Origin: Methanomicrobiales archaeon
GTDB taxonomy: Archaea > Halobacteriota > Methanomicrobia > Methanomicrobiales > JACTUA01
Length of the DNA stretch: 44,140 bases
Reading direction: 5' to 3'
NCBI GenBank assembly: GCA_035310965.1
Contig: DATGDI010000008.1
Coordinates: 1 to 44,140, forward strand
The notes under the pieces were generated by a model, which saw nothing but the letters and a program-made list of their open reading frames with translations, was not told where the DNA came from and did not search any database. The translations under genes were made by a program, and so were the position numbers. Shown one piece after another: positions 26,370 through 36,036 of the stretch (positions are counted from its first letter, which is position 1; every line of letters begins with the position of its first letter).

Positions 26370-27109
26370 CCGGCCGTTGCGGCCCGTTCCGCATCGACCG
26401 GATCTACCCCGGGGATGCACGGGAGCTTCTGCCGAAGGTGCCCGACTGCTCCGTCGACCTTGTGGTGACCGACCCCCCCTTTGCCATCGACTTCCGCCCC
26501 CAGAGAAACAATTACCACCGCACCGGCTCCCGCGTGATGGAGGGATACCGGGAGATCGCCGCAGAGGACTACCTCGCCTTCACTTTGGAATGGATGGGAC
26601 AGGCCTTCCGGCTGCTTCGCCCCCTCGGGTCCCTCTACGTCTTTTCGGGCTGGAACCGGCTCCGCGACGTGCTCCAGGCCCTGGACGAGACCGGTTTTAC
26701 GACGGTCAACCACCTGATCTGGAAGTACCAGTTCGGGGTCTTCACCCGAAAGAAGTTCGTGACCAGCCACTACCACATCCTCTTCGCGGCAAAGGATCCG
26801 AAGAACTACTTTTTTTCCAAGGCCGAGCACTACCCCGAGGATGTCTGGGTGATCAACCGGGAGTACTGGACGGGAAAGAGGAAGACCCCGACCAAGCTCC
26901 CTCTTGCCCTCGTGAAGAAGATCCTTTCTTTCTCCAGCCGCGGGGGCGACCTGGTCCTCGACCCGTTCCTCGGCTCGGGGACGGTGGCCGCCGCGGCAAA
27001 GGGAATGGGGAGACACTACCTGGGGTTCGAGATCGTCAGGGAGTACCTCGATCTCGCGAGGGAGCGCCTTGAAGGGACAGAATGGGGGAGCGCTGAGGAG
27101 GGGAATTGA
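26360..27109 (+). CDS. orphan DNA methyltransferase (beta-class N6-adenine/N4-cytosine; DPPF then FxGSGT order)
   Basis: VVTDPPFAI (motif IV) precedes DLVLDPFLGSGTVAAAA (motif I). ATG 26360 overlaps iorB by 10 nt, and the 3' end overlaps tRNA-Ser antisense. Confidence 0.8.
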   Translation: MPVTGRCGPFRIDRIYPGDARELLPKVPDCSVDLVVTDPPFAIDFRPQRNNYHRTGSRVMEGYREIAAEDYLAFTLEWMGQAFRLLRPLGSLYVFSGWNRLRDVLQALDETGFTTVNHLIWKYQFGVFTRKKFVTSHYHILFAAKDPKNYFFSKAEHYPEDVWVINREYWTGKRKTPTKLPLALVKKILSFSSRGGDLVLDPFLGSGTVAAAAKGMGRHYLGFEIVREYLDLARERLEGTEWGSAEEGN

Positions 27110-27175
27110 ACCCCCGAGGGGCAGGACGCCCCACAAGCTCTCCAGGCTTGCGCCTTACCGCTAGACTACCTCAGC
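27091..27175 (-). tRNA. tRNA-Ser (anticodon GGA), class II with a long variable arm
   Basis: GCTGAGG/CCTCAGC acceptor, CAAGC-CTGGAGA-GCTTG anticodon arm, GGGGC-GTCCT-GCCCC variable arm, TTCAATT T-loop, discriminator G; 85 nt. Confidence 0.8.
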
Positions 27176-27279
27176 ATGAAATGAAGATTGCGGAATGATC
27201 ATTGGTCGGGATCTTTTTTAAACCATCCCTAGGGGGATGGAACCATACCTATGGGGATGGAACTACCCTCTCGGGGAGA

Positions 27280-28206
27280 TCATCCGGATGTCGCCTGCCT
27301 GTCCTTCCGCTTTTTCCAGCCCTTCGGGTACGTGGCCGGGGGCATGAACACCGCCCGGGGGCGGGCGACGAGGCCGGTGGATCCCGGGACCAGTTTCTCG
27401 CTCCCGACGAGGGCCTCCGCGATGGCGACGAGCTCACCCTTCTGCGTGAAGACCCCCAGGGGGTCCCGTGATCCAAAGATCCCCTCAACCCCCATCACCC
27501 CGACCCCGGCGAGGGAGGCGCCGTGGCATACGGCATCCACCGCGGTGTCACGGATCGTGAGCCGGGGCAGGTCAGCGACCCCCCTCTCCACGGGAAGGAT
27601 CATCCCCTGAAGGGGGACGGGGTTCCCCTCCCTGGCGTCATGGGCCGCGTCCTCCAGCTCCTGGAGGGTATGGGTGTCGGCCTCGGCGAAGGAGCCTGAC
27701 CGGGTTCTCCGGAGCTCGCGCATAGACCCGCCCGGGCCTGCGGCGAGCCCCATGTGGTGACAGAGGGAACGGATGTACGTCCCCGCATCGCACGAGACCC
27801 GGAGAAGGACCAGCCTTCCGGCCAGCTCAAGCACCTCGAGCCGGTTCACCGTCCGGATCCGGAGCGCCCGCTTCACCGCCGCCTTTTTCGGGGGCCGCTG
27901 GTAGATCCGGCCCTCGAACTCCCGCGCAACTTCCGCGATCCGCTCCCCCGGGACATCGCCGTGGAGCCTCCAGAGGCAGATGTACTCCTTTCCGCCCCTC
28001 TGGAGGTACGGGGCGAGCCTCACCGCTGGGCCGAGCATCACCACGAGTACGCCGGAGACCCCCGGGTCCAGGGTCCCCGCGTGCCCGACCGGTAGGCCGA
28101 GGATCTTACCGGCCCAGGCGGCCACCTGGTGGCTGGAGGGTCCCCGCGGCTTGTCGATGACAACAATCCCGGACCGGGGGATGTCTCCTCCCTCCGTCTC
28201 CTTCAC
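27280..28206 (-). CDS. cbf5: tRNA/rRNA pseudouridine-55 synthase Cbf5 (H/ACA RNP catalytic subunit)
   Basis: VVIDKPRGPSSH, HAGTLDPGVSGVL (catalytic Asp), a C-terminal PUA domain, and the tail YPKGWKKRK. GTG 28206 overlaps the hemD stop (GTGA). Confidence 0.85.
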   Translation of the reverse strand: MKETEGGDIPRSGIVVIDKPRGPSSHQVAAWAGKILGLPVGHAGTLDPGVSGVLVVMLGPAVRLAPYLQRGGKEYICLWRLHGDVPGERIAEVAREFEGRIYQRPPKKAAVKRALRIRTVNRLEVLELAGRLVLLRVSCDAGTYIRSLCHHMGLAAGPGGSMRELRRTRSGSFAEADTHTLQELEDAAHDAREGNPVPLQGMILPVERGVADLPRLTIRDTAVDAVCHGASLAGVGVMGVEGIFGSRDPLGVFTQKGELVAIAEALVGSEKLVPGSTGLVARPRAVFMPPATYPKGWKKRKDRQATSG

Positions 28207-28889
28207 TCCCGGTTCCCCCCGAGGTACCTGTTTAGTGCTCCGAGGGTCCCCTCGAGGGACCCGTCCCCCACCACCGCGGGGACCACACCGCCGTCTCTCA
28301 TGGCTCCTGCGGTCACCTCGCCGATGGCGAGGAGGAGGAGGCCGGGCCGGGGCTCCCAGACGGCCCGGGAAAAGGAGGTGCCGCTCGTGAAGAGGAGGGC
28401 GTCCGCGTCCCTGGTTGCGAGGGGAATTCCGGTGGCCATGAGCCCGTAGCATCGCACCTCGACGGGGATACCCCCGGCATCCTCGATGGCCGAGATGAGG
28501 GCCGGGTTCGGAACATCCGCCCTCGGGATCCCGATCCTCTTCCCCCGGATCCAGTCCCCGAGATACGGGACGAGAGCCTTTGAGTAGAAGGAGGGGAGGG
28601 TCTCGGACCGGATCCCGGAGTTCGCGAGGACCCGGGCGGTCTGGGGCCCGATGGCGATGACCCGGGTCGGCGAGGTGAGGAGGGGGCTCACCACCCCGGC
28701 GGGGACCGCGCTCGCAAAGAAGATGCAGTCGAGATCCCCCCGGTTTGCGGCATCCGCGAAGGCGCGGACACGGTCGGGATAGATCTCAACCCTGAGGGGG
28801 GACACGGTATAGCACTCGTGCCCGTGCCTGCGGCAGGTCTCGGCATCCCGCGCCCCCTTCCCCTCGACCCTCGTGACCGCGATGCGCAT
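28203..28889 (-). CDS. hemD: uroporphyrinogen-III synthase
   Basis: HEM4-like two-domain pattern (MRIAVTR...IFFASAVPAG...LLFTSGTSF). ATG 28889 is preferred over 28928. Confidence 0.7.
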   Translation of the reverse strand: MRIAVTRVEGKGARDAETCRRHGHECYTVSPLRVEIYPDRVRAFADAANRGDLDCIFFASAVPAGVVSPLLTSPTRVIAIGPQTARVLANSGIRSETLPSFYSKALVPYLGDWIRGKRIGIPRADVPNPALISAIEDAGGIPVEVRCYGLMATGIPLATRDADALLFTSGTSFSRAVWEPRPGLLLLAIGEVTAGAMRDGGVVPAVVGDGSLEGTLGALNRYLGGNRE

Positions 28890-28967
28890 CGTGAAATCTT
28901 GCACCTCTCCTGATATCACCGTATCCATTCAGCGGGTTTTATCCCCCGGTGCCCGCACCCTGTATGC

Positions 28968-30182
28968 GTGGTCGCCGGTATCCTCGCCGGGTGTATCGTC
29001 GGGCTCTCCCTGGGCACCGTGAGCGGTCTCGTGCCCGGTGTCCATTCCAATACGGTTGCATCGGCCCTCCTCTCCCTCCAGGGACCCCTCATCTCCGTCC
29101 TCGGGCCCGAGGGACTTGCCGCGACCCTTTTTTCCACCCTCATTACCCACACCTTCCTCTCGAGCATCCCCGGGACCTTCCTGGGCATCCCGGACCCGGA
29201 CACCGCCCTCTCGGTCCTCCCCGCCCATGCCCTGTGCCTGGAGGGCCTTGGCGAGGAGGCAGTCCGGATCGCCGCCCTCGGGAGCGCCCTCGCCGTGGTC
29301 GTGGGCATCCCCCTCTCCATCCTGTGTCTCCTTCTCCTCCCGCCGCTCCAGCCGTACCTGGACTGGGGGATGGGAATCCTCCTCACGGGGATCGCCGGTA
29401 TTCTTATCGTGACGGCGGAGTCACCCTCCTGGGCCCTCTCCCTTTTCACCGTGTCGGGGTTCCTCGGGATCTTCTCCTTCCGCTACTCCTTCCTCGCCTG
29501 GCACCCCTTCGGCGGGACCACCGTCCTCCTCCCCCTCCTCTCGGGTCTCTTCGGATTCTCGGCCCTCCTCCTCGCCTCGGGCGCCCCCGTCCCGGCCCAG
29601 CGGTTCGCCGGGATCCGGATACCGGGGAGAACCATCGCGGCCCGGACCCTTCTCGGCGCGGTGGCGGGTTCCATCGTGGGCTGGCTTCCCGGCCTCTCCA
29701 ATGCGACGGCAAACGCCCTGGTCGCCTCGGCCGGCGGGTACGACCGGGAGCCCCGCCAGTACATCCTCTCCGCGAGTGCCGCGAACACCGTCAATGCCTT
29801 CGTGGGACTCGCCGCCCTCTACGCCCTGGCCCGGACCCGGAACGGGGTGATGGTCGCCCTGGCTGCCCAGGAGCTTCCTCCCATGAGCACCCTGCTCATC
29901 GCCGGGTGCCTGGCCGGGGGTGTGGCATACCTCCTCACCATCCGGCTGTCGCGATCAGCGGGCATCCTCCGGGGCCTCGGGACCCGGAACCTGAACCTCG
30001 CCGTGATGGGTCTCGTCACGGTCCTCACCATCCTCCTTTCAGGCCCCTTCGGGCTCCTCATCCTCCTTCTCGCCACGGCCGCCGGAGTGGTGCCACCCCT
30101 CATCAATGTCCCCCGCCTCTACCTCATGGGGGCGGTGATGGTCCCGGTCATCTGTTTCTCCCTCGGGATCCTCTCGGCATAA
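28968..30182 (+). CDS. TctA-family / DUF112 integral membrane protein
   Basis: 404 aa with ~10 TM helices; GLVPGVHSNT and GWLPGLSNATAN are duplicated DUF112 motifs. Confidence 0.7.
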   Translation: MVAGILAGCIVGLSLGTVSGLVPGVHSNTVASALLSLQGPLISVLGPEGLAATLFSTLITHTFLSSIPGTFLGIPDPDTALSVLPAHALCLEGLGEEAVRIAALGSALAVVVGIPLSILCLLLLPPLQPYLDWGMGILLTGIAGILIVTAESPSWALSLFTVSGFLGIFSFRYSFLAWHPFGGTTVLLPLLSGLFGFSALLLASGAPVPAQRFAGIRIPGRTIAARTLLGAVAGSIVGWLPGLSNATANALVASAGGYDREPRQYILSASAANTVNAFVGLAALYALARTRNGVMVALAAQELPPMSTLLIAGCLAGGVAYLLTIRLSRSAGILRGLGTRNLNLAVMGLVTVLTILLSGPFGLLILLLATAAGVVPPLINVPRLYLMGAVMVPVICFSLGILSA

Positions 30183-30243
30183 CCGGATTCGGGGCGGGGG
30201 CTCGCGGGCGTGATCGCGGCCTTCCTCGCCGAAAGAAAAGAAG

Positions 30244-30316
30244 TAGCCCGGAGCAGATTCGAACTGCTGTCGCGGGATCCAGAGTCCCGCATGATTGACC
30301 GCTACACTACCGGGCT
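30244..30316 (-). tRNA. tRNA-Gln (anticodon CUG)
   Basis: AGCCCGG/CCGGGCT acceptor (A1-U72), CGGGA-CTCTGGA-TCCCG anticodon arm, AGCAG-TTCGAAT-CTGCT T-arm; 73 nt. Confidence 0.8.
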
Positions 30317-30375
30317 ATTCCCTTCAGCTTAAAACCGCCCGATTCATTAAGGTGACGGACGGGTGGAGAGAGGTA

Positions 30376-31116
30376 TTACCGGTGACCCCGCCCGGCACAC
30401 CTGCCGCAGGCCCCGCAGACGGCTTCGACCGGCTGGATGTCGGCCCCGTCCCGGCAGAAGGCCTGCAGGTCGGTCATGTCCCTCTTATAATAAATGTGGG
30501 GAACCAGCGAGATGTGTGTGTAGGGGCCGCAGGGCAGGCCGAGGGCATCTGCCACGTACTTCTCCAGGTGGGCGAGGGCGAACATGTTCGCACCCGCCGC
30601 GGAGAGCATGTCATTGGATCGGAAGACCACCTTCATCCGGAGGACCCCGTCCCTCACCAGGCACTGGACGAGCTGGAGGCACGGGCAGTCGTCCAGTTTC
30701 TCATCGATGGGGGGAATCCAGGTAATGGCGATGGCCCGGCGTGAGACCTTTTGTGTCGCGAGCTTCCGGATCATGTAGGCCACCTGATCGACATGAAGCT
30801 CCCTGCCCGCCGAGGAAAGCCCTTCCCCCCAGTCGAAGAGGCGCCCATGGTAGTCGTACTCGAACTCCGCCGGGGTCCCGTGGATCAGGTCATCGGCGTA
30901 CTTCTCGAGGAACCTCTGCTGGAAGCGCGAGCGGGGGGAGGCCATCGGGGCGGCGAAGGGCTCCTCCACCCGGATCCCGATCTCGTCGCACTCCACTGTC
31001 GCCTCCCCGTCCTCGGTCTCGAGCACCCACCCCTTCTCGAGCACCGTCTTCACCGCGAGCTCGTGGGCCCGACCAAGGTTCGGTGCACGGATGATCCGCA
31101 TGGAGGAGTACGTCAT
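30376..31116 (-). CDS. thyA: thymidylate synthase (archaeal ThyA-type)
   Basis: ...AITWIPPIDEKLDDCPCLQLVQCLV...FRSNDM matches the ThyA active-site region. ATG 31101 (MRIIRAPN) may be the true start, given a CTTAATGG box 27-35 nt upstream. Confidence 0.8.
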   Translation of the reverse strand: MTYSSMRIIRAPNLGRAHELAVKTVLEKGWVLETEDGEATVECDEIGIRVEEPFAAPMASPRSRFQQRFLEKYADDLIHGTPAEFEYDYHGRLFDWGEGLSSAGRELHVDQVAYMIRKLATQKVSRRAIAITWIPPIDEKLDDCPCLQLVQCLVRDGVLRMKVVFRSNDMLSAAGANMFALAHLEKYVADALGLPCGPYTHISLVPHIYYKRDMTDLQAFCRDGADIQPVEAVCGACGRCAGRGHR

Positions 31117-31386
31117 TCTGAAAAGCCATTAAGGTATGAGAATCAATCCGGCAGGGAATGTGAGGCTCGCGGGGCACGTCCGTTGTCGAGAAGGAAGGTC
31201 AGGGCACGGATCGTCGTGATGAAGGATGCGGAGCGCTGTCTTTCGACGAGAAGGTGTGCAGGGGTGGGGGAACATCCCGCCTGTATCTCACCGTTTAACC
31301 CGGGATTCGGCCGATTCCATTGTTTTAATGGCATAACTGGGTGAATGGGGCCTTCAAAACCGGTTTTATCCCGGAGTCCAACCACA

Positions 31387-31399
31387 AAAGATATATTAA
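31387..31399 (+). promoter_or_regulatory. TATA box (AAAGATATATTAA) of the S-layer gene
   Basis: Lies in a low-GC gap. It implies a ~95-nt leader ending in a strong SD (AAGGAGGT) 5 nt before ATG 31518. Confidence 0.5.
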
Positions 31400-31517
31400 C
31401 CGATTCACAAACACTACCACATATTCCGTTCAATCGGAGTATCGGGCATTGTGAACACGATTTCGGCAATCGCCGAAATGCTCTGACAGCATGCCTGTGA
31501 ATGTAAGGAGGTAAAGC

Positions 31518-34034
31518 ATGAAGAGTACCATGAAGTTCATGGTCGCGGCTCTCGTTGTCGTGGCCCTCCTGGCGGTACCCGCCATGGCGAGGACACCCGA
31601 CGTTAACACCCTTGTAGCGGGAGACGTGGCCTTTGTCTATGAAACGAACCTCAACGTGCCAGCCGTCGGTGGAGGAACCGTGGCCGTTGCGAAGTTCGGG
31701 AATGACTGCCCCGTGTCAGGTGCAGGATGCACTTTCACAGGGGAGCTGGCGCGGATTACCTTGAACCCGGCCGGAAAACTGGACATTAACACGGCGCCCC
31801 CGTACTTCGGAACCTGGTTCCCGATTGACGCAACTGGCAATGGCGCCTTAGGGAATTCCTTCCAGATCCAGCACGCGGATATCCAGCTTGATGCCGTCCT
31901 GAATGCGTCGCACATCGACACCATCAGCGGGAAGAGTGTGACCCGGGACACGAATATGGCGTTCAAGTTGATCACGAACTACGCTGGCAACTACTACAAG
32001 GTCGGTAGCACCTACCTCGCCAAGGTGAACATCGAGCTCACCACGCCCGGCGGTGGTAAGATCATGATCTTCGGGAACAATGCCGTTGATCTTCGTGCAA
32101 TCACCTTGAACGGGAGTGTGGAGTACACTGACACTCTTCCGGCAGGCAGCCAGGCAGCCGGGGTAGGTAATGCCATTGACCTGACCAATATGGAGGCCGG
32201 CACCTACACGGCGACCGCGAAGTGGACCTCGACAATGCCCTGGTTCCAGCTGGAGAGCAACTCCAATGCAGTTACCTTCACCGTGCTGTCCAAGCCCATC
32301 ACCGTCACGACCAACAAGGAGTCGGTGGTCAGGGGCAACACCTTCGTGGTGACCATCACCGGTGAGAGCAAGCACCTCTATTACGTGTACATGAAGGACG
32401 CGGCCGTCACCTCGGGATACATCTACCCGCAGATCACGAACGGCCAGTCCAACGTGTTCCTCACGGCGCTCAAAATCAATAACTGCGCAATCGCAGGATG
32501 CACTGCCGTGGCCAATGACGTCAACACGTTGTACGGCACGGTAGTCGCCAACAACGCGACTGGAGCAGTCGTCAACACCTCGGCCGATGGCACACGGGCC
32601 ATCCAGTTCCAGACGAGCTCCCAGGCGAGCCTCCTGACCTATGACACCAAGTACACCATCAAGGTCATGGACTCGCAGGACGCAACCAAGTATGACACGG
32701 TCGATGTGAACGTGGCCAAGGGGCAGGTCACCATTACCTATGAGGGTACCGGGACCTACTACCTCGGTGAGACCATCAAGCTGACCGGGACGAACACCGA
32801 CAGCAACGCGGTATTCCTGTTCCTCGTTGGCCCGAATCTCGCCACCAACGGTGTAAACCTTGCGGATATTTCCCAGAAGACCCAGGATACCGTTGAAGGC
32901 AGCTTCAAGAAGGTTGACGTCAACACCGACAACACCTGGTCCTTCAAGTGGGACACCTCCGCGCTCACAAAGACGCTGGATGCAGGAACCTACACCATCT
33001 ACGCCGCCGCCCAGGCCCATACGAAGGATAACCTCACGAACACGCAGTACAGCACCGCCTCGGTGGTACTGAAGAAGCCCTTCGTGACAGCCTCGGCAAG
33101 CTCGAACACCCTTGCACAGGGTGACATCCTCTACATCCAGGGGACCGCAGAAGGCAAGCCGAACAACGTCTACATCTGGATCTTCGGCAAGAACTACCGG
33201 GACTGCCAGGTGTCTGCGACCGTCCAGTCTGACGCGAGCTACTCCTACAAGCTGGACCGCGGGGCGACCCACGACCTCTTCGCCGGCCAGTACTTCGCCG
33301 TCGTCCAGCACCCGATGATGAACGGTATCGCCGATATCCTCGGCGACCCGACGGGGACGGGCTGTCTTAACGCGACTGGCACGACCAACCCCGTCAAGGG
33401 AACCTGGGTAGGCGGTGCGCCGACCGTGAGGCTCGTTGGCCTGCAGGCCTCCGATGCCGCGACCGCGCTCGTTGACCTGCTCAACTCCCCGAACGTTGAC
33501 GACACCTACACCAAGCTGTCGTTCATGGTCGAGGCGCCCTGGATCCGGATCGACACCATCAGCGACCACTACGTTGGTGACACCTTCACCATCACCGGTA
33601 CCACCAACCTCGCAGAGGGTGACCAGATCCTCATGACCGTCGTCTCCTCGTCGTTCCAGCCAACCGAGAAGACTCAGACGGGCGAGTTCAGCGGCACCTC
33701 CGGCACGGTCACCGTGCAGAAGGGCGACACCTACAACACGTTCTCGTTCGATGTCGATGCCTCCACCTTCAAGCCTGACGAGTACCTCGTCACCGCGGAG
33801 TCCATCGAGCCGAGCCAGACCGTGACCGCGACCTTCAATGTCCTTGAGGGCCAGCCCACCACGGCAGTGACCACCGCCCCGCCGACACAGGCGACGACTG
33901 CACCCGTTACCACCGCGCCCACACAGGTAGCCACCACCGTTGCCACGACTGCCCCAGCGCAGCCCGGCTTCGGCGCCCTGGTTGCCCTCGTTGGCCTCGG
34001 AGCGGTTGCACTCCTCGTCCTGCGCAGGCGCTAA
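31518..34034 (+). CDS. S-layer-type surface glycoprotein with signal peptide and PGF-CTERM sorting signal
   Basis: Signal peptide MKSTMKFMVAALVVVALLAVPAMA, many N-x-S/T sequons, a Thr/Pro/Ala linker (TTAPPTQATTAPVTTAPTQVATT...), then PGFGALVALVGLGAVALLVLRRR. A T8 terminator lies at 34047-34054. Confidence 0.8.
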   Translation: MKSTMKFMVAALVVVALLAVPAMARTPDVNTLVAGDVAFVYETNLNVPAVGGGTVAVAKFGNDCPVSGAGCTFTGELARITLNPAGKLDINTAPPYFGTWFPIDATGNGALGNSFQIQHADIQLDAVLNASHIDTISGKSVTRDTNMAFKLITNYAGNYYKVGSTYLAKVNIELTTPGGGKIMIFGNNAVDLRAITLNGSVEYTDTLPAGSQAAGVGNAIDLTNMEAGTYTATAKWTSTMPWFQLESNSNAVTFTVLSKPITVTTNKESVVRGNTFVVTITGESKHLYYVYMKDAAVTSGYIYPQITNGQSNVFLTALKINNCAIAGCTAVANDVNTLYGTVVANNATGAVVNTSADGTRAIQFQTSSQASLLTYDTKYTIKVMDSQDATKYDTVDVNVAKGQVTITYEGTGTYYLGETIKLTGTNTDSNAVFLFLVGPNLATNGVNLADISQKTQDTVEGSFKKVDVNTDNTWSFKWDTSALTKTLDAGTYTIYAAAQAHTKDNLTNTQYSTASVVLKKPFVTASASSNTLAQGDILYIQGTAEGKPNNVYIWIFGKNYRDCQVSATVQSDASYSYKLDRGATHDLFAGQYFAVVQHPMMNGIADILGDPTGTGCLNATGTTNPVKGTWVGGAPTVRLVGLQASDAATALVDLLNSPNVDDTYTKLSFMVEAPWIRIDTISDHYVGDTFTITGTTNLAEGDQILMTVVSSSFQPTEKTQTGEFSGTSGTVTVQKGDTYNTFSFDVDASTFKPDEYLVTAESIEPSQTVTATFNVLEGQPTTAVTTAPPTQATTAPVTTAPTQVATTVATTAPAQPGFGALVALVGLGAVALLVLRRR

Positions 34035-34046
34035 ACGAAAACCACC

Positions 34047-34054
34047 TTTTTTTT
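34047..34054 (+). terminator. T8 tract after the S-layer gene
   Basis: TTTTTTTT 13 nt after the stop codon. Confidence 0.6.
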
Positions 34055-34260
34055 GCAGTTCCTTCAATCCCTGTTCTTATCCGATCTCCCCTGTATGGGT
34101 TTTCCTTCCTGACCTGATCCCCCGAGCAAAAGGTGTCCCCCCGCTCGCAGAGGAAGGATAGATGTCCTTTCCATACTGCCCCCGATGGGCAGGGAGCCCG
34201 CCGCCAAGCTTCTTTACGATGAGAACCAAAGGTTACTCCAGAGAGGGTGACTTACCACCG

Positions 34261-35784
34261 ATGAAACTCACGGTAAAGCTCATGGATATCGCGGCCCCGG
34301 GGGTGCTCCTGCAGGAGAACGATGCCCGGACCATCGGCGTGCTCGAGGGAGACCGGGTCAGGGTCCTCAACGAGGCGAACAGCGAATCGGTCTCGGCCCT
34401 CGTCCATACCACCTCGGGGTTCCTTCCGCAGGGCACCATCGGGGTGTACCAGAAGGCCAACGGGCGCCTGGGCTTTTCAGACGGGGCGAGCGCCGAGGTA
34501 AGGGAGACGGGGAGGCTCTCATCGATCGATTCCATCAAGGGCAAGATGGATGGCAAACGCCTCTCCAAGGAGGAGATGTTCGCCATCGTGAAGGACACCG
34601 TCGAGGAGAATCTCTCGCCCGTCGAGATGACCGCCTTTGTCACGGCATCGTACATCCACGGGCTCGACATGAACGAGGTGGAGCACCTCACCCGGTCCAT
34701 GGTGGAGACCGGCGACCGCATCCAGTTCTCGACCCATCCCATCGTGGACAAGCACTCCATCGGCGGGGTTCCGGGGAACAAGATCTCCCTGCTCGTGGTC
34801 CCCATCATCGCCGCAAGCGGGCTCAAGATCCCGAAGACCAGCTCCCGGGCCATTACCGGGGCCGCCGGGACTGCCGACCTCATGGAGGTGCTTGCCCCGG
34901 TCGAGTTCAGCTCCACCGAGGTAAAGAGGATGACCGAGAAGGTGGGGGGCACCATCGTCTGGGGAGGTGCGACGAACATCGCCCCGGCCGATGACCGGTT
35001 CATCATGGTGGAGTACCCCTTCCGGATCGACGCGATCGGCCAGATGCTTGCCTCGGTGATGGCCAAGAAGTCGGCGGTCGGGGCCGACCTCGCGGTCATC
35101 GACATCCCGGTGGGGAACGGGACCAAGGTCCCGACGGTCCAGGACGGGAGGAGGCTTGCCTCCCAGTTCATGGAGCTCGGCGAGAGGCTGAACATCCAGG
35201 TGGAGTGCGCCCTCACCTACGGCGAATCCCTCGTGGGCCATGCCATCGGCCCGAACCTGGAGGTGAACGAGGCCCTTTCGGTTCTCGAGGGGGCGCAGGT
35301 CCCCGGGTCCCTCATCCAGAAGAGCCTCGGCCTCGCGGGAATTGCTCTCGAGATGGCCGGGAAGGCAGCCCGGGGCCAGGGATATGCCGTGGCAGAGGGA
35401 ATCCTTTCGAGCGGGAAGGCCCTCGAGAAGCTCCGGCAGATCATCGAGATCCAGGGTGGGAACCCGAAGGTGCAGGCGAGCGACCTCGTCCCCGGGGAGC
35501 ATCGCTTCGTGGTGAATGCTCCCCTGGACGGGTACGTCGTGGAGCTGAACAACCGTTCCCTCATCACCATGGCACGGGCGGCGGGGGCACCCCATGACCG
35601 GGGTGCCGGCCTCATCATCCATGCCAAGAAGGGGACGAAGGTGAAGCAGGGGGAGCCTATCATCACCATCCATGCGGACCGGAGCTGGAGGCTTGACAAG
35701 GCCGTCGAGGTCGGGAGGCAGCTCATGCCGGTGCTCGTCGAGGGGATGCTCCTCGGGCATATCTCCCCGGTCCACTGGATCTAG
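34261..35784 (+). CDS. deoA: AMP phosphorylase (archaeal thymidine-phosphorylase family, DeoA-type)
   Basis: The N-terminal extra domain ([17 protein letters not shown]...) plus glycosyl-transferase family 3 motifs ([25 protein letters not shown]) are typical of archaeal AMPpase. ATG 34261 lies within ORF 34162..35784. Confidence 0.8.
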   Translation: MKLTVKLMDIAAPGVLLQENDARTIGVLEGDRVRVLNEANSESVSALVHTTSGFLPQGTIGVYQKANGRLGFSDGASAEVRETGRLSSIDSIKGKMDGKRLSKEEMFAIVKDTVEENLSPVEMTAFVTASYIHGLDMNEVEHLTRSMVETGDRIQFSTHPIVDKHSIGGVPGNKISLLVVPIIAASGLKIPKTSSRAITGAAGTADLMEVLAPVEFSSTEVKRMTEKVGGTIVWGGATNIAPADDRFIMVEYPFRIDAIGQMLASVMAKKSAVGADLAVIDIPVGNGTKVPTVQDGRRLASQFMELGERLNIQVECALTYGESLVGHAIGPNLEVNEALSVLEGAQVPGSLIQKSLGLAGIALEMAGKAARGQGYAVAEGILSSGKALEKLRQIIEIQGGNPKVQASDLVPGEHRFVVNAPLDGYVVELNNRSLITMARAAGAPHDRGAGLIIHAKKGTKVKQGEPIITIHADRSWRLDKAVEVGRQLMPVLVEGMLLGHISPVHWI

Positions 35785-35849
35785 ATCTCGTTTTTTCTCC
35801 CAACAACTCAAATTCCCGAGCCCACCAGATAAAAGCGTCCTCCGGCGGC

Positions 35850-36025
35850 AGTTTCTATGAATATTTCATTATATTTAAATATTTAATCTGTCCAAAAAGG
35901 AGATCCTGTGATAAAAATGGACTTTACCAATATATAATGCTCAATTTAACAAAATCACGATTTAAAGCAAATTCTCTTTATAGGATAGTTTTAAGTAAAA
36001 GAGTGATTAATACTATGCATCTGTG
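35850..36025 (+). promoter_or_regulatory. AT-rich promoter region of the first vWA/Ig gene (several TATA-like boxes, e.g. CTTTATAGG at 35976-35984)
   Basis: ~175 bp of very low GC in an otherwise GC-rich window, followed by the SD GAGGTG before ATG 36037. Confidence 0.4.
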
Positions 36026-36036
36026 AGGTGGGAGCA

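Noticed and set aside
26360-28206. Restriction-modification or other defence system around the methyltransferase
   Set aside because: The flanking genes are iorB, tRNA-Ser and cbf5. No endonuclease-like, helicase or specificity ORF exists, so the methyltransferase is best treated as an orphan.
31848-34067. 739-aa minus-strand ORF antisense to the S-layer gene
   Set aside because: It has a Gly/Arg/Val/Asp-rich, repetitive artefact composition. The plus-strand gene has a signal peptide, SD, TATA box, terminator and PGF-CTERM.
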